Shown here: positions 7,530 through 16,846 of the stretch, piece after piece | Layout of the letters: each line of letters starts with the position of its first letter | Numbering within the stretch: the stretch's first letter is position 1 | From: a virus | Taxonomy: Duplodnaviria > Caudoviricetes | Length of the DNA: 25,645 nt | Direction: 5' to 3' (one strand) | IMG/VR virus record: IMGVR_UViG_3300049995_000030 | Span: 1 to 25,645 of that record | The notes under the pieces: model-generated | Told to the model about the DNA's origin: nothing | Databases searched by the model: none | What the model saw: the letters and a program-made list of their open reading frames with translations, nothing else | Made by a program: the position numbers and the translations under genes

Positions 7530-9388
7530 TATTCACCTAAGTTATCCACAATCTTTAAATCCACAGGAAATCCAACACTCAATTTTACTATATTTTCCAT
7601 TATCTCTTTCTCTGCTTTTCCACACATCTCGGCATATTCTTTTTTAACTTCTGTTGAGAAATCATCGTGAACAGTTAAAACCATCCTTGCTTCCCAATCA
7701 GGGTGTTCCTGATAAAGTTCTCTTACCTTTATCATAGCCATACGAAGAAAGTCTGCACACGCACTTTGAATCTTAAAGTTAAATGCCTGACGAATGGCTT
7801 TATCATTTATTTCTGTAAATCTTCTTTTACGTCCAAATATTGTAGAAACATAGTGGTTTATGATAAGTTCCTGTTTTGTTTCTCTTATGGCCTTTTTAAC
7901 ATCGGGATAAAGAGAAAAGAATGTATCTATCCACCGTTGGGCCTCATCCTCACTTACATTGTTATTGGCAGCAATACCCCTTGCTGTTGAACCATAGATA
8001 ATTGGGAAGTTCACACCATTCTTCCCAATATGACGTTCTTTCTTGTATTTCTCTCTGGCCAAATCATTTTGTTTTGTTCCCTCTATAAATTCTTCATTAG
8101 TCAAAGAAAGAAGAAAACATCTATTAGCGGTAAAAAGATGTAAGTCTAATCCACGTCTAAATGCTTCTACCATAATCGAGTCGTTAGAGACAACTCCCAA
8201 CATTCGCAACTCCTGACCTGACCAGTCTTTGTTTACTAATTTGTATCCTTTTTCAGCTATAAAGAGAGAACGTATTTTGTTAGTGTCTTTATCTATCTCT
8301 TTTGGAAGATTTTGAAGATTTGGTTCAGAAGAACTTAATCTTCCTGTCTTAGTTCCACAATCATTGAAAGAAGTTCTTATTCTCCCGTCTGAATCCAGAA
8401 GTTCATAAATTGGTTGAACAAATGTAGCAAGAATAGATGAGAGAGAATTATACTCCAACATCAAATCTATGAATTTATGTTTTCCTTTAAGTCTGGCAAG
8501 AGACCTCTTTCCAGTTGAAGATTTTTTCTTTCCTGACTTTCCCCCCTTTGTTTTATAGGGAAGTTTTAGTTTAAGTTGTTCCTCTATGATTTTTCTAACT
8601 TGGTCAGGGGAATCAAAATTCACAGGAGAAGATACCTCTGTGTGGCCAAACAGAGTGGGGGTTTCAATCATTTTCATCCCAAGAGATTCAACCATTTCCT
8701 GTTCAAGTAAAATCTTTCTGGCTGAGAGAACATCATCAATTTCTTCCAATCTCTCAGTATCAACTTTAATCCCATTTTTATATAAGTCAATTAAAACGAA
8801 CTGAAATGGCATTTCCGCCGAGTAAAAAAGTTTCTTGAAATCTTTTTCAATAAGTGGTTTCTCTTTTTCATAAAGTTGGTAAGTCCAAATAGAATCATTT
8901 ATTGCATAGTTTTTAAACATTTCCGAGGAATAGCCATTTACAACCGCTTTCTTAAAGGTAAGAACTTTTTCCCTTGGAACTTTCAAAACTCGAACCGCCA
9001 ACTCTTTCAAGGCACAGGAATCATTTTCATTAAGAAGATGGGCAGCAACCATTGTGTCAAAGATTCTGCCATCCCATTTTATTCCGGCCTGTTCTAAAAC
9101 CCGAAGGTCAAACACTAAATTGTGTCCAATAATCAAAGAATCAGATAACCAACAAAGTCGAATTTCAAACTTAATGGTTTCCAGAATATTTATGTAATCG
9201 TTGTTGTTTTCAAGATTTATATAACACGCCTGTTTGCCATCACAGAAGGAAATTCCTTTTAGACTACAACCCCAACGGAGACCGTCTGTTTCACAGTCAA
9301 CGACAAGAGTGGGGATGTTGGCTGTTCTAAACCACTCTTGAACTTCTTTACAGGATTTTGGGAAAGATTTAATCATAATCAAATTCAC
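7529..9388 (-). CDS. polA: family A DNA polymerase (3'-5' exonuclease + polymerase; no 5' nuclease)
   Basis: ExoI DCET, ExoII HNLVFD, ExoIII YAIND; TGRLSSSEPNLQN; motif A DWSGQELR, motif B R...K..VNFPIIYG, motif C VHDD. Confidence 0.95.
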   Translation of the reverse strand: MNLIMIKSFPKSCKEVQEWFRTANIPTLVVDCETDGLRWGCSLKGISFCDGKQACYINLENNNDYINILETIKFEIRLCWLSDSLIIGHNLVFDLRVLEQAGIKWDGRIFDTMVAAHLLNENDSCALKELAVRVLKVPREKVLTFKKAVVNGYSSEMFKNYAINDSIWTYQLYEKEKPLIEKDFKKLFYSAEMPFQFVLIDLYKNGIKVDTERLEEIDDVLSARKILLEQEMVESLGMKMIETPTLFGHTEVSSPVNFDSPDQVRKIIEEQLKLKLPYKTKGGKSGKKKSSTGKRSLARLKGKHKFIDLMLEYNSLSSILATFVQPIYELLDSDGRIRTSFNDCGTKTGRLSSSEPNLQNLPKEIDKDTNKIRSLFIAEKGYKLVNKDWSGQELRMLGVVSNDSIMVEAFRRGLDLHLFTANRCFLLSLTNEEFIEGTKQNDLAREKYKKERHIGKNGVNFPIIYGSTARGIAANNNVSEDEAQRWIDTFFSLYPDVKKAIRETKQELIINHYVSTIFGRKRRFTEINDKAIRQAFNFKIQSACADFLRMAMIKVRELYQEHPDWEARMVLTVHDDFSTEVKKEYAEMCGKAEKEIMENIVKLSVGFPVDLKIVDNLGE

Positions 9389-9635
9389 TTATTCCAAAAC
9401 CACCTTCTGCATCATCTGGCCCATTGTAATCTTGCAAGTGTGCTAAAGCAGAAGTTCTTCCGGGTCTTTGATGTCCATTACAGTCAAAACAATAGTTATC
9501 ATTATATAATTTTTCACTTGGAACTCTTATTGGTTCTCGACAACAGGAACAAAAGTCTCTAAAATACACACTGTTTTCAATGGATTTACCAAAGGTTTCT
9601 AATTCTTTCTCAGTCAATTTTTCTGGGTTCATCAT
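9369..9635 (-). CDS. small Zn-ribbon protein, 88 aa
   Basis: CSCC...CFDC; first gene after the leftward promoter; SD AAGGA. Confidence 0.65.
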   Translation of the reverse strand: MMNPEKLTEKELETFGKSIENSVYFRDFCSCCREPIRVPSEKLYNDNYCFDCNGHQRPGRTSALAHLQDYNGPDDAEGGFGISEFDYD

Positions 9636-9652
9636 TTATCCTTTCTGTCTAT

Positions 9653-9681
9653 AGTATAACATTACATATAGTAAAAGTCAA
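9653..9681 (-). promoter_or_regulatory. leftward sigma70 promoter (replication arm)
   Basis: TTGACT-N17-TATACT with TGn extended -10. Confidence 0.8.
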
Positions 9682-9732
9682 GTGTTTTCTCAAAAAAAGT
9701 GTATATTTTATAATAAAAAATATTTTTAACCA

Positions 9733-9757
9733 TAAGTCCTTATTCTATAATAAGTTA
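9733..9757. promoter_or_regulatory. 25-bp palindromic site (copy 3) between divergent promoters
   Basis: TAAGTCCTTATTCTATAATAAGTTA. Confidence 0.5.
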
Positions 9758-9801
9758 AGTAAAACATTCAAAAATATTTATATTTTTATGGTCTTACCCC
9801 C

Positions 9802-9830
9802 TTGACAAACAATAAAGGGCGTGATACAAT
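9802..9830 (+). promoter_or_regulatory. rightward sigma70 promoter (packaging/structural arm)
   Basis: TTGACA-N17-TACAAT with TGn. Confidence 0.8.
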
Positions 9831-9861
9831 GATACTGTAAGGAGAAATTCTGTAAAACTTT

Positions 9862-10128
9862 ATGAAAAGAACTATTGACCAATTTGACTTAGAGGCCGCA
9901 AAAGAGGCCGATGCTATAGACAGAATGAGACATTACACCAAAGACCCCGAAAAAGCAAGTAAAAGTGGCAAAATCAATCCAAAAAGATTGTTTGATAGTA
10001 TTCGATGCCACGATGTTGAATTATTAAGTCCTCAAAAGTATAGACATTTCAAAAGATTTGGATTTTACAATCAATACAGGCCGGTGAGAAATGAAAACAA
10101 GCAACCGGTGGAGACAAAATGCGAATAG
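9862..10128 (+). CDS. hypothetical protein, 88 aa
   Basis: First ORF after the rightward promoter. Confidence 0.6.
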   Translation: MKRTIDQFDLEAAKEADAIDRMRHYTKDPEKASKSGKINPKRLFDSIRCHDVELLSPQKYRHFKRFGFYNQYRPVRNENKQPVETKCE

Positions 10129-10292
10129 GTGTGGGAATCTTAACTGACAGGACATACCCCAGAGGGCCATCTAATGGAGTAAAATATATCTTTGGCCTGT
10201 CCTTCCAATTTACTAAGATAACCAAAGTTGGCTTTGAGACCACACACAACAGAACGGATTCTTATCTGTATGATTATATTGTAAGTAACTAA
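10119..10292 (+). CDS. small hypothetical protein, 57 aa
   Basis: MRIGVGILTDRTYPRGPSNGVKYIFG...; GGAG SD; overlaps the previous stop. Confidence 0.35.
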   Translation: MRIGVGILTDRTYPRGPSNGVKYIFGLSFQFTKITKVGFETTHNRTDSYLYDYIVSN

Positions 10293-10398
10293 TAGTTTTA
10301 TAAGTTACTATTATATCTTAGTAAAGCTGGGGTCTATCTAAAATAAAAGTTTGGTAACCAGTTAACAAACACTCATTTTTTGATTAAAAATTCACATT

Positions 10399-10785
10399 GT
10401 GAAAGAACTGAAATTTAAAAACAAAAAACCAACCCCCTTGGTTGCTTTTGTAGATGATGATGATTTTGATTCTTTAAATACCCAAAATTGGCATATAAGA
10501 TGTGCTAAAAAGGGGGTATATTATGTGTTTAATAGTAAAAATATTGGATTACACAATATAATAATGGGGATAAAACAAGGTGGTGGGTTACAGGTTTATC
10601 ATATAAACTACAATCCTTTAGACAACAGAAAGGAAAATTTAGAAATTGTAACCCGCTCTGAAAATATAAGAAAAAGAAATTCCTTTATTATGCAATATAG
10701 AGATAGGGGAATTGTAAAAGTTCGTTCTTTTCAAGAACGTCAAATAGAAAACCTCTTTATTTCTCTAAAAACAAGGGCGATATGA
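10399..10785 (+). CDS. HNH endonuclease (possibly degenerate)
   Basis: AFVDDDDF...W...LHNIIMG...VYHINYNPLDNRKENLEIVTRSEN. Confidence 0.8.
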   Translation: MKELKFKNKKPTPLVAFVDDDDFDSLNTQNWHIRCAKKGVYYVFNSKNIGLHNIIMGIKQGGGLQVYHINYNPLDNRKENLEIVTRSENIRKRNSFIMQYRDRGIVKVRSFQERQIENLFISLKTRAI

Positions 10786-11258
10786 AAAAGGTTATTTTAA
10801 TTGTATTAACTTTAATGATTATATCATTTACAAGTTGTCAACAATCTCATATCATAGTTCCTAATCCAGCCAACCCCTCTGACCCCAATTCTACTATGGA
10901 ACTCTGGGGGGAGGCCGCTAATATCTGGATTCAACAGATGGCGGACAATGTGACCAATGAAGCCAGCAGGATAGAGGACTTATTCCGGTATAACGGAATA
11001 ATGTATGCCGGTCTATTTATTATTTTACTTGGCGGGGTTCTCTTCGCCCTTCTCACTAAAAGTTCTTGGATGTGGTATATTCCAATAACAGCGGGGGGTG
11101 GACTGTTGACACTTATATTCATAGTCCAAGCAGTTTTGTATATAAAATGGATTTTCCTCACAGCACTGATAGTTCTCGTTGGGATTTTTGTATTTAAAAC
11201 GTGGCAGTATAAGAAAAGAGAAATTGTGGCATTACTCAAATTAGAGGAGAAAAAATAA
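10782..11258 (+). CDS. lipoprotein with C-terminal TM helices
   Basis: MKK + hydrophobic stretch + FTSC lipobox-like; about three hydrophobic segments at the C-terminus. Confidence 0.7.
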   Translation: MKKVILIVLTLMIISFTSCQQSHIIVPNPANPSDPNSTMELWGEAANIWIQQMADNVTNEASRIEDLFRYNGIMYAGLFIILLGGVLFALLTKSSWMWYIPITAGGGLLTLIFIVQAVLYIKWIFLTALIVLVGIFVFKTWQYKKREIVALLKLEEKK

Positions 11259-11521
11259 TGCAACCTGTATTTTTGGGGTTAAATGTTGTTGGTTTGTTGG
11301 TTTTGATTTTCCTGATAAGTGTTGGTGTTTATGACATTTATTTATCTCAAACAGGAAAAAAGACAATTACTCAAAAAGTTCACAGGTGGTTTCCACGATG
11401 GGGAGATGCTATTGTTTTGTGTGGAATTATGATAGGGATTTGGGCAATTCTTGGGCCAAACTTTTTTGTAACTGTCCTTTGTGGTTGCATTATAGGACAT
11501 TTATTTTGGGGGGCAGACTAA
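11258..11521 (+). CDS. multi-TM membrane protein (holin-like candidate)
   Basis: About three hydrophobic segments; TAATG coupling. Confidence 0.6.
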   Translation: MQPVFLGLNVVGLLVLIFLISVGVYDIYLSQTGKKTITQKVHRWFPRWGDAIVLCGIMIGIWAILGPNFFVTVLCGCIIGHLFWGAD

Positions 11522-11522
11522 T

Positions 11523-11705
11523 ATGAAACTACCAATTCTTGTGGTTATATTTAGTTTTTTGTTACTACTGATTTTAAAATTAACACACACTTGGAATTTA
11601 AGTTGGATATTGTTGGTCATATTAACGGCTGGCCCAACCCTTGTGGCAACTGGAATTCCTTATATCTTGGGACTCATTGCCTTAATTTACGGCCCAAAGG
11701 GATAA
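11523..11705 (+). CDS. small membrane protein
   Basis: Highly hydrophobic 60 aa; LKLT...W.LSW motif. Confidence 0.6.
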   Translation: MKLPILVVIFSFLLLLILKLTHTWNLSWILLVILTAGPTLVATGIPYILGLIALIYGPKG

Positions 11706-11706
11706 T

Positions 11707-12342
11707 ATGGCGTGGAAAGAAGAAAAACGTCAACATAAGGTTAGAAGTGATGCCAAATGGGACTCAAAGACCGCTGGTATTGTGGGCAGGGCATTGGCCT
11801 TTGGTATGACTTATACTGACATTGGTTATCTTCTTGCTGTAAAAGGACACACTATTCAGGATTGGCAACAGAGATACCCTAAGTTTGCTAAATCGGTAGA
11901 GGAGGCAAGGGAGGCGGTTAAATCTATTACAATCGCACAGATGCTTCGTTGTGCGTGGGGATATTCCGCCGAAAAAAGAACTGAAAAATTTAATGTTTCT
12001 ATTGATGAGTTGGGAAATGAGGTTTCTACAGATGATAAAAAAGTTGTTACAGTTGTAACAGAACATATTCCGCCCAATGGTGATTTACTTAAATTTATTC
12101 TATTAAACAGGGATTCTGAAAACTGGAAAGACGTTAAAAGACTGGATGTTAGGTCAAACAATTCAAATTTATCAATAACTGGGGATATTGAGGCAGAACA
12201 AATTGAACTGTTGGTTGGAAATCTACGAAAACAAATAAACAGTAAATGTGTGGAGACAGATGGAACAGACAATATTACAAAAAAGAACGAGGAACAAGGA
12301 GAAAGCAAAGGAATACAACAAGAAATACTTCTTGAAAAATAA
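11707..12342 (+). CDS. terS: terminase small subunit
   Basis: HTH GMTYTDIGYLLAVKGHTIQDWQQRYPKF; EHIPPN...FILLNR..ENWKD; upstream of TerL. Confidence 0.8.
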   Translation: MAWKEEKRQHKVRSDAKWDSKTAGIVGRALAFGMTYTDIGYLLAVKGHTIQDWQQRYPKFAKSVEEAREAVKSITIAQMLRCAWGYSAEKRTEKFNVSIDELGNEVSTDDKKVVTVVTEHIPPNGDLLKFILLNRDSENWKDVKRLDVRSNNSNLSITGDIEAEQIELLVGNLRKQINSKCVETDGTDNITKKNEEQGESKGIQQEILLEK

Positions 12343-12763
12343 AGATAGTATAAGAGAAAAAAATAGAATATACTACAATAACAATAAAGTAGCACGTAGG
12401 GCAAGTTGTAAAAAGTGGATAGAAAATAACAGAGAAAAATATAACGCTTCCAACAGAAAAAACCAAAGAAAAAATAAATTAAAAGTAAAGTTTGGTTTGG
12501 TGGGAGAGGTTGCTGACGAGATATTAGAAAAGAAAAATGGTTTTTGTATGATTTGTGGTAAAAAGGAAACGCACAAAAATCATAGCGGTATTCAATCCCT
12601 ATCTGTTGACCACAACCATATTACAGGGAAGTTTCGTGGTTTGCTTTGCAATCACTGTAATGTTGCTTTGGGGCATTTTTTAGTTGATAATGGTGAGGGG
12701 GTTGATTTACTTTGTTCAGCAATTTCTTATTTGAGAAATAATGATGAACTTTACAAAGATTGA
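12260..12763 (+). CDS. endonuclease VII-type (HNH/Zn) nuclease, probable free-standing homing endonuclease
   Basis: CMICG...LSVDHNHITGKFRGLLCNHCNVALG; basic helical N-terminus; ATG at 12260 with GGAG (track start 12248). Confidence 0.85.
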   Translation: MEQTILQKRTRNKEKAKEYNKKYFLKNKDSIREKNRIYYNNNKVARRASCKKWIENNREKYNASNRKNQRKNKLKVKFGLVGEVADEILEKKNGFCMICGKKETHKNHSGIQSLSVDHNHITGKFRGLLCNHCNVALGHFLVDNGEGVDLLCSAISYLRNNDELYKD

Positions 12764-14714
12764 TTCCCCCGAACTTTTTTTCCAAAATATTCCCAAAAGT
12801 TTGGATGAAAATATTGAATTTCGTAAGAATCTTCATAGGTTGCTTGCAAAGGATACTGAATTTCAAAAAACATTTTTACAACTATGTAAAGCTGACCCAA
12901 GAATAATGTTCAACGCCGTTTTTTGGGTATTTGAGCCGAGACCCCCAATAGGGCCAAGAAATTTTCCATTTATTTTGAGACCTAATGAGGAAGATGCTCT
13001 TTTAAAAGTTAATAAGTGTGTTAATGAGGGGCGTAGTGCTGCTATAAATAAAACAAGGGAAGAAGGTGCTACTGAAACTTTGATGAAATATTCCACTTGG
13101 AAATTTTTACTTTTTCCTGAGACAGTAATTTTGTGGGGGTCAAGAACAGAGGAGTTGGTTGATAAATCAAATGACCCAATGACTTTGTTTGCAAAAATAG
13201 ATTATGCAATAAAAAACCTACCCCCGTGGTGGAGGGGCTTATTACATCTTGAGCGAACTTTTAAAAATATTCGTAACTTGGATAATGGAAGTTCTATAAA
13301 TGGAGAAGCCACTTCCGCACATTTTGGGGCAAGCAAAAGAGCAACATTTGTTGGTTTGGATGAATTTGGACAAGTTGAACCACAAGTGGCTAATAGTATT
13401 GAATTTAGTGTATTTTCTGTTTCTAATTGTATAATCTATAATTCTACTCATTTTTACGGCCCTACCCACGCATTTGCAAGAGTGTTGGATAAACCCGGAA
13501 TTGAACGAATAACTATGATGTGGTATAATAATCCGGTTAAGAATGAGGGACTTTATGAGTCAACAAAAGTGGGGGAAGTTACTGTTTTAGATAAAAAATA
13601 CTATTTGGAAAAACGGCCTGAAATATTTACAACAATGGATTTGAATCAACCCTTCGACTATCTTGAGTTTAGTAAAAAATGTTCTGATATTGTTTTTATT
13701 GCTGATGGGGGTGAGAAGCCCCCTATATCCTGTAGAAGTCCTTGGCACGATAAAAAAGAATTAGAGTTGGACAATTATAGAAGTCTTTGTATGAATCTTT
13801 GGGCCTACCCAACAGGGGCTTCTGATATGTATTTTGATGCTGTTGTCAACAGTAAAATACGAAGAAAATTTTGTAAGCCGTCAAAAATTGCGGGTGAAAT
13901 TGTTTATTCTCTGGAAGATGGTAAAGTTGTTAAACCCATTTTTAAACCTGAGTTTGGAAAAAAGCACTTTAGGTGGTGGGGGGAGTTAATAAATGGACGA
14001 CCCAATCAGAACCACAATTTTATTGTTGCTTGTGATATTGGTTTTGGCACGGGTGCTTCTAACTCTACGGCGGAAATAGCGGATGTGAATACCAATGAAT
14101 TAGTCGGGGAATATGTTACTGCTGAACACGACCCCGCCGATTTTGCTGAATTAGTTGCAGCTTTGGGTAGATGGGTTGGTGGTTCTCTTGGTGAACCTTA
14201 CTTTATTTGGGAACGTAACGGTGGTGGTGGAAAGAACTTTGGTCGAAGATTGATGAAGCAGGGATTCAGGAGAGTTTATACTGATACCTCTGAGGACACC
14301 AAGACCAAGAAAAGAAAAAATAGATATGGCTGGACTTCAACTAAACAGACAAAAGATGATGTTCTTTATGGGTTGAAGGCGGCTTTGAAAGAATCTTTAA
14401 AGACACAAAAAACAAATAAGTATCTTATGGTTTACTCTGAGGAGTTAATCAATGAACTGGATACTTATATTTTCTATAAGACAGGCGAGGCAGATTCAGG
14501 TGAAATGGTGGATTTGTCCTCTGGTGCGAGGGCACGGCACGGAGACCGTGTTATCGGAGCGGCTTTGTTAATTCTTGGACTTCAATATAATATTCCTGCC
14601 AAGATAGAAGAAAAAAAAGTTCATCCAAAGAGTTGTGTGGGAACACGAATAGAAGAATTTGAAAAAGAAGAAATAGAAGCAAAAAGAAAATATCGTTCAT
14701 TCAGGTATAATTGA
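12741..14714 (+). CDS. terL: terminase large subunit
   Basis: PFILRP, Walker A-like KTREEGAT, Walker B GLDEF; nuclease ACDIGFG, WERNG, HGDRVI. Confidence 0.9.
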   Translation: MMNFTKIDSPELFFQNIPKSLDENIEFRKNLHRLLAKDTEFQKTFLQLCKADPRIMFNAVFWVFEPRPPIGPRNFPFILRPNEEDALLKVNKCVNEGRSAAINKTREEGATETLMKYSTWKFLLFPETVILWGSRTEELVDKSNDPMTLFAKIDYAIKNLPPWWRGLLHLERTFKNIRNLDNGSSINGEATSAHFGASKRATFVGLDEFGQVEPQVANSIEFSVFSVSNCIIYNSTHFYGPTHAFARVLDKPGIERITMMWYNNPVKNEGLYESTKVGEVTVLDKKYYLEKRPEIFTTMDLNQPFDYLEFSKKCSDIVFIADGGEKPPISCRSPWHDKKELELDNYRSLCMNLWAYPTGASDMYFDAVVNSKIRRKFCKPSKIAGEIVYSLEDGKVVKPIFKPEFGKKHFRWWGELINGRPNQNHNFIVACDIGFGTGASNSTAEIADVNTNELVGEYVTAEHDPADFAELVAALGRWVGGSLGEPYFIWERNGGGGKNFGRRLMKQGFRRVYTDTSEDTKTKKRKNRYGWTSTKQTKDDVLYGLKAALKESLKTQKTNKYLMVYSEELINELDTYIFYKTGEADSGEMVDLSSGARARHGDRVIGAALLILGLQYNIPAKIEEKKVHPKSCVGTRIEEFEKEEIEAKRKYRSFRYN

Positions 14715-16489
14715 TGAAACGAACACCAAGTTTTAAAGATTACGAAAACCAGTCATTTGCATCAAGACTTCAAATGTTATCTCGTTACTGGCAAAAGAGC
14801 AATGAGGGGGCATTGAAGCACAGACAGAAAATGCTCAAGGCGTATGCCTCTGGGTATTATGATTCTGGTTACACCCGAAGGCACATTCTTAATTTGATTG
14901 ACAGAGGGGTTTCTTCTATTACCCCTTTCTTGGTAGAGGGAGACCCAAGGGTTCTTGTTAAAACCGAGATTCCAAAGTTCAGGGGTTGGGCCTATACTAT
15001 CCAACTGGCCTTGAATTTTCTTATAAATAAATTAAGTTTGGCTGAAAACGTATTGATTCCCGCCGCAATAAACTCGATGTTTGGGTTTGCAATAACAAGA
15101 AGTGCTTTTGAATATGACAGAACAATCTCTCTTTTAGATGAACCAATAAAGTATGGCCGTCCTATTGTGGAATTGATAGATGATACAGAATACATTGGGG
15201 ATTGTTCGGCTAAACGGGTAAGTGATTTTACTTTTGAGGGGGATATTTACAGACTCCCTACCATCTATGCTAAAGATTTCTTTGCCAAGAAAGACAGGTG
15301 GGGACATCAGACGGCGGATGATATTACTTCTGATGGGAAGTTGATTGAACAGTATTCTCCACAGGAGATTTCTCAGATAGATTATGATAGAGACCGTCTT
15401 GCTTTAAGAAACTATACTACATTTATAGACCTCTATCTTTATGATGAAAACACTATAGTTACAATAATGCCACATGGGAAAAAGGCAAAGATTCTTCGGG
15501 AAGTAGAGTGGAAAGGGCCGGAGGGTGGGCCATATGATAAACTCTGGTATAAAGGATTTCCTAATGAACCAACCCCGCTTCCTCCAGCGTGGTCTTGGAA
15601 TGACCTTGATGAGACTATAAATATTCTGATGGATAAGATGAAGGAACAGGCCGAAGCTCAAAAGGACATAGTGGCCTATTCTGCCGAAGCAGAAGAAGAT
15701 GTAAAAAGAATGGTCAAAACACCAAACCAAGGGACGGTTAGGGTTGACAACGTAGATGCAATGAAGAAACTTGAGTTTGGCGGGGTGAACCCACTTAATT
15801 ACCAATGGGTAACTTTTGCTGAACAACAGTTTACCAAGTCCGCTACTCCTAGTTCGGATGTGATAGGTGGGAGAGGTAGTCAAGCCCCCACACTTGGACA
15901 GGAACAGTTGATTTTCTCCAACGCAACGAGAATTATCAATAATATGTATAATCGTTTTCATAGGTTTACGGTTTCTATTATTCGTAAACTGGCTTGGCAG
16001 TATATTACTGACCCAACAACTATTGTTCCCGTTGTAAAGGAAATTTCAGGTGTTGGTGAGTTTCCCGCTATTTTCTCCGATACCTACAAAGTTGGGGATT
16101 TCTACGATTTTGTTTTTGATATAGTTCCCTACTCTACACAGAGAACTTCTCCAGAAATGCAGTATCAGAGACTTATGCAGTTTCTTACCCAGTGGGTTCT
16201 TCCAACGGCTCAGATTGCTTCTGCTCAGGGGACTCAGATTGATGTCTCAACTGTGTCTAAGATTCTTGCTTCTTATATTGGGGAGACCTCTCTTAACCAG
16301 TGGTATAAAACTGCCGTTCCAAGTGAAATGGAAGGAATTGCCTACAAAATGCTTCCATTTGGCAAATCTCCGGGGCAGGGAAATGACTCAACGGGGGCTA
16401 CGTTGGGCAGTAAAAATGCAAACCTAAATCGGCAACAAACACAGGAAGCACCACAACAGGAACTTAATAATATGATGGGAGTAAAATAA
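14711..16489 (+). CDS. portal protein
   Basis: 592 aa directly after TerL; helical, with APTLGQEQL and a Gln-rich C-terminus. Confidence 0.8.
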   Translation: MMKRTPSFKDYENQSFASRLQMLSRYWQKSNEGALKHRQKMLKAYASGYYDSGYTRRHILNLIDRGVSSITPFLVEGDPRVLVKTEIPKFRGWAYTIQLALNFLINKLSLAENVLIPAAINSMFGFAITRSAFEYDRTISLLDEPIKYGRPIVELIDDTEYIGDCSAKRVSDFTFEGDIYRLPTIYAKDFFAKKDRWGHQTADDITSDGKLIEQYSPQEISQIDYDRDRLALRNYTTFIDLYLYDENTIVTIMPHGKKAKILREVEWKGPEGGPYDKLWYKGFPNEPTPLPPAWSWNDLDETINILMDKMKEQAEAQKDIVAYSAEAEEDVKRMVKTPNQGTVRVDNVDAMKKLEFGGVNPLNYQWVTFAEQQFTKSATPSSDVIGGRGSQAPTLGQEQLIFSNATRIINNMYNRFHRFTVSIIRKLAWQYITDPTTIVPVVKEISGVGEFPAIFSDTYKVGDFYDFVFDIVPYSTQRTSPEMQYQRLMQFLTQWVLPTAQIASAQGTQIDVSTVSKILASYIGETSLNQWYKTAVPSEMEGIAYKMLPFGKSPGQGNDSTGATLGSKNANLNRQQTQEAPQQELNNMMGVK

Positions 16490-16846
16490 ATGGCTGGAAT
16501 GAATTTATTTCGTCAACAACTTTATGATAGATATAAAAAACAAGGTATGTCCGATGAGGACGCTTTAATGAAGGCAGATAGAATGAGTCAAGTTGGAGGA
16601 CTTCCCAAAGGTGTTGGTGAAGCCCTTACTGATGTTGATAAGTATGGTGTGGTAAAAAAACCTGTGGAACAAACAGAGAAAAAACCCTCTTGGCTTGAGT
16701 TGGCGTGGTATGGAGAAAAATGGTATAGACGAAAAAAGTTAAAAGAGGAAAAAGGAAAGACAGTAAGAACATCGGCCACTGAAAGAGGTCTTAGTGAGGC
16801 CGGAATAACAGATACAGAAATGGCCAGACTTCGGAGAAGAAAATAA
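16490..16846 (+). CDS. hypothetical protein, 118 aa
   Basis: Abuts the portal stop; SD GGAG. Confidence 0.7.
   Translation: MAGMNLFRQQLYDRYKKQGMSDEDALMKADRMSQVGGLPKGVGEALTDVDKYGVVKKPVEQTEKKPSWLELAWYGEKWYRRKKLKEEKGKTVRTSATERGLSEAGITDTEMARLRRRK

Noticed and set aside
7529-9388. DpoZ / Z-base system
   Set aside because: No purZ or dATPase in the window; motif deviations alone are insufficient.
10285-10312. GTAACT...AGTTAC dyad as a fourth copy of the 25-bp motif
   Set aside because: Spacing is 22 bp and the inner TT/AA pattern does not match.
12248-12763. Group I intron housing the EndoVII ORF
   Set aside because: No P/Q/R/S-like elements in the flanks, and the ORFs overlap directly.
12741-14714. 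Intein or intron in the long TerL
   Set aside because: No C/S...HN-C/S/T intein ends, no LAGLIDADG motif and no frame break were seen.
11856-15961. Long antisense ORFs (e.g. 11856-12404, 15404-15961) and similar shadow ORFs elsewhere
   Set aside because: They lie opposite well-supported genes and have no SD or recognisable motifs.
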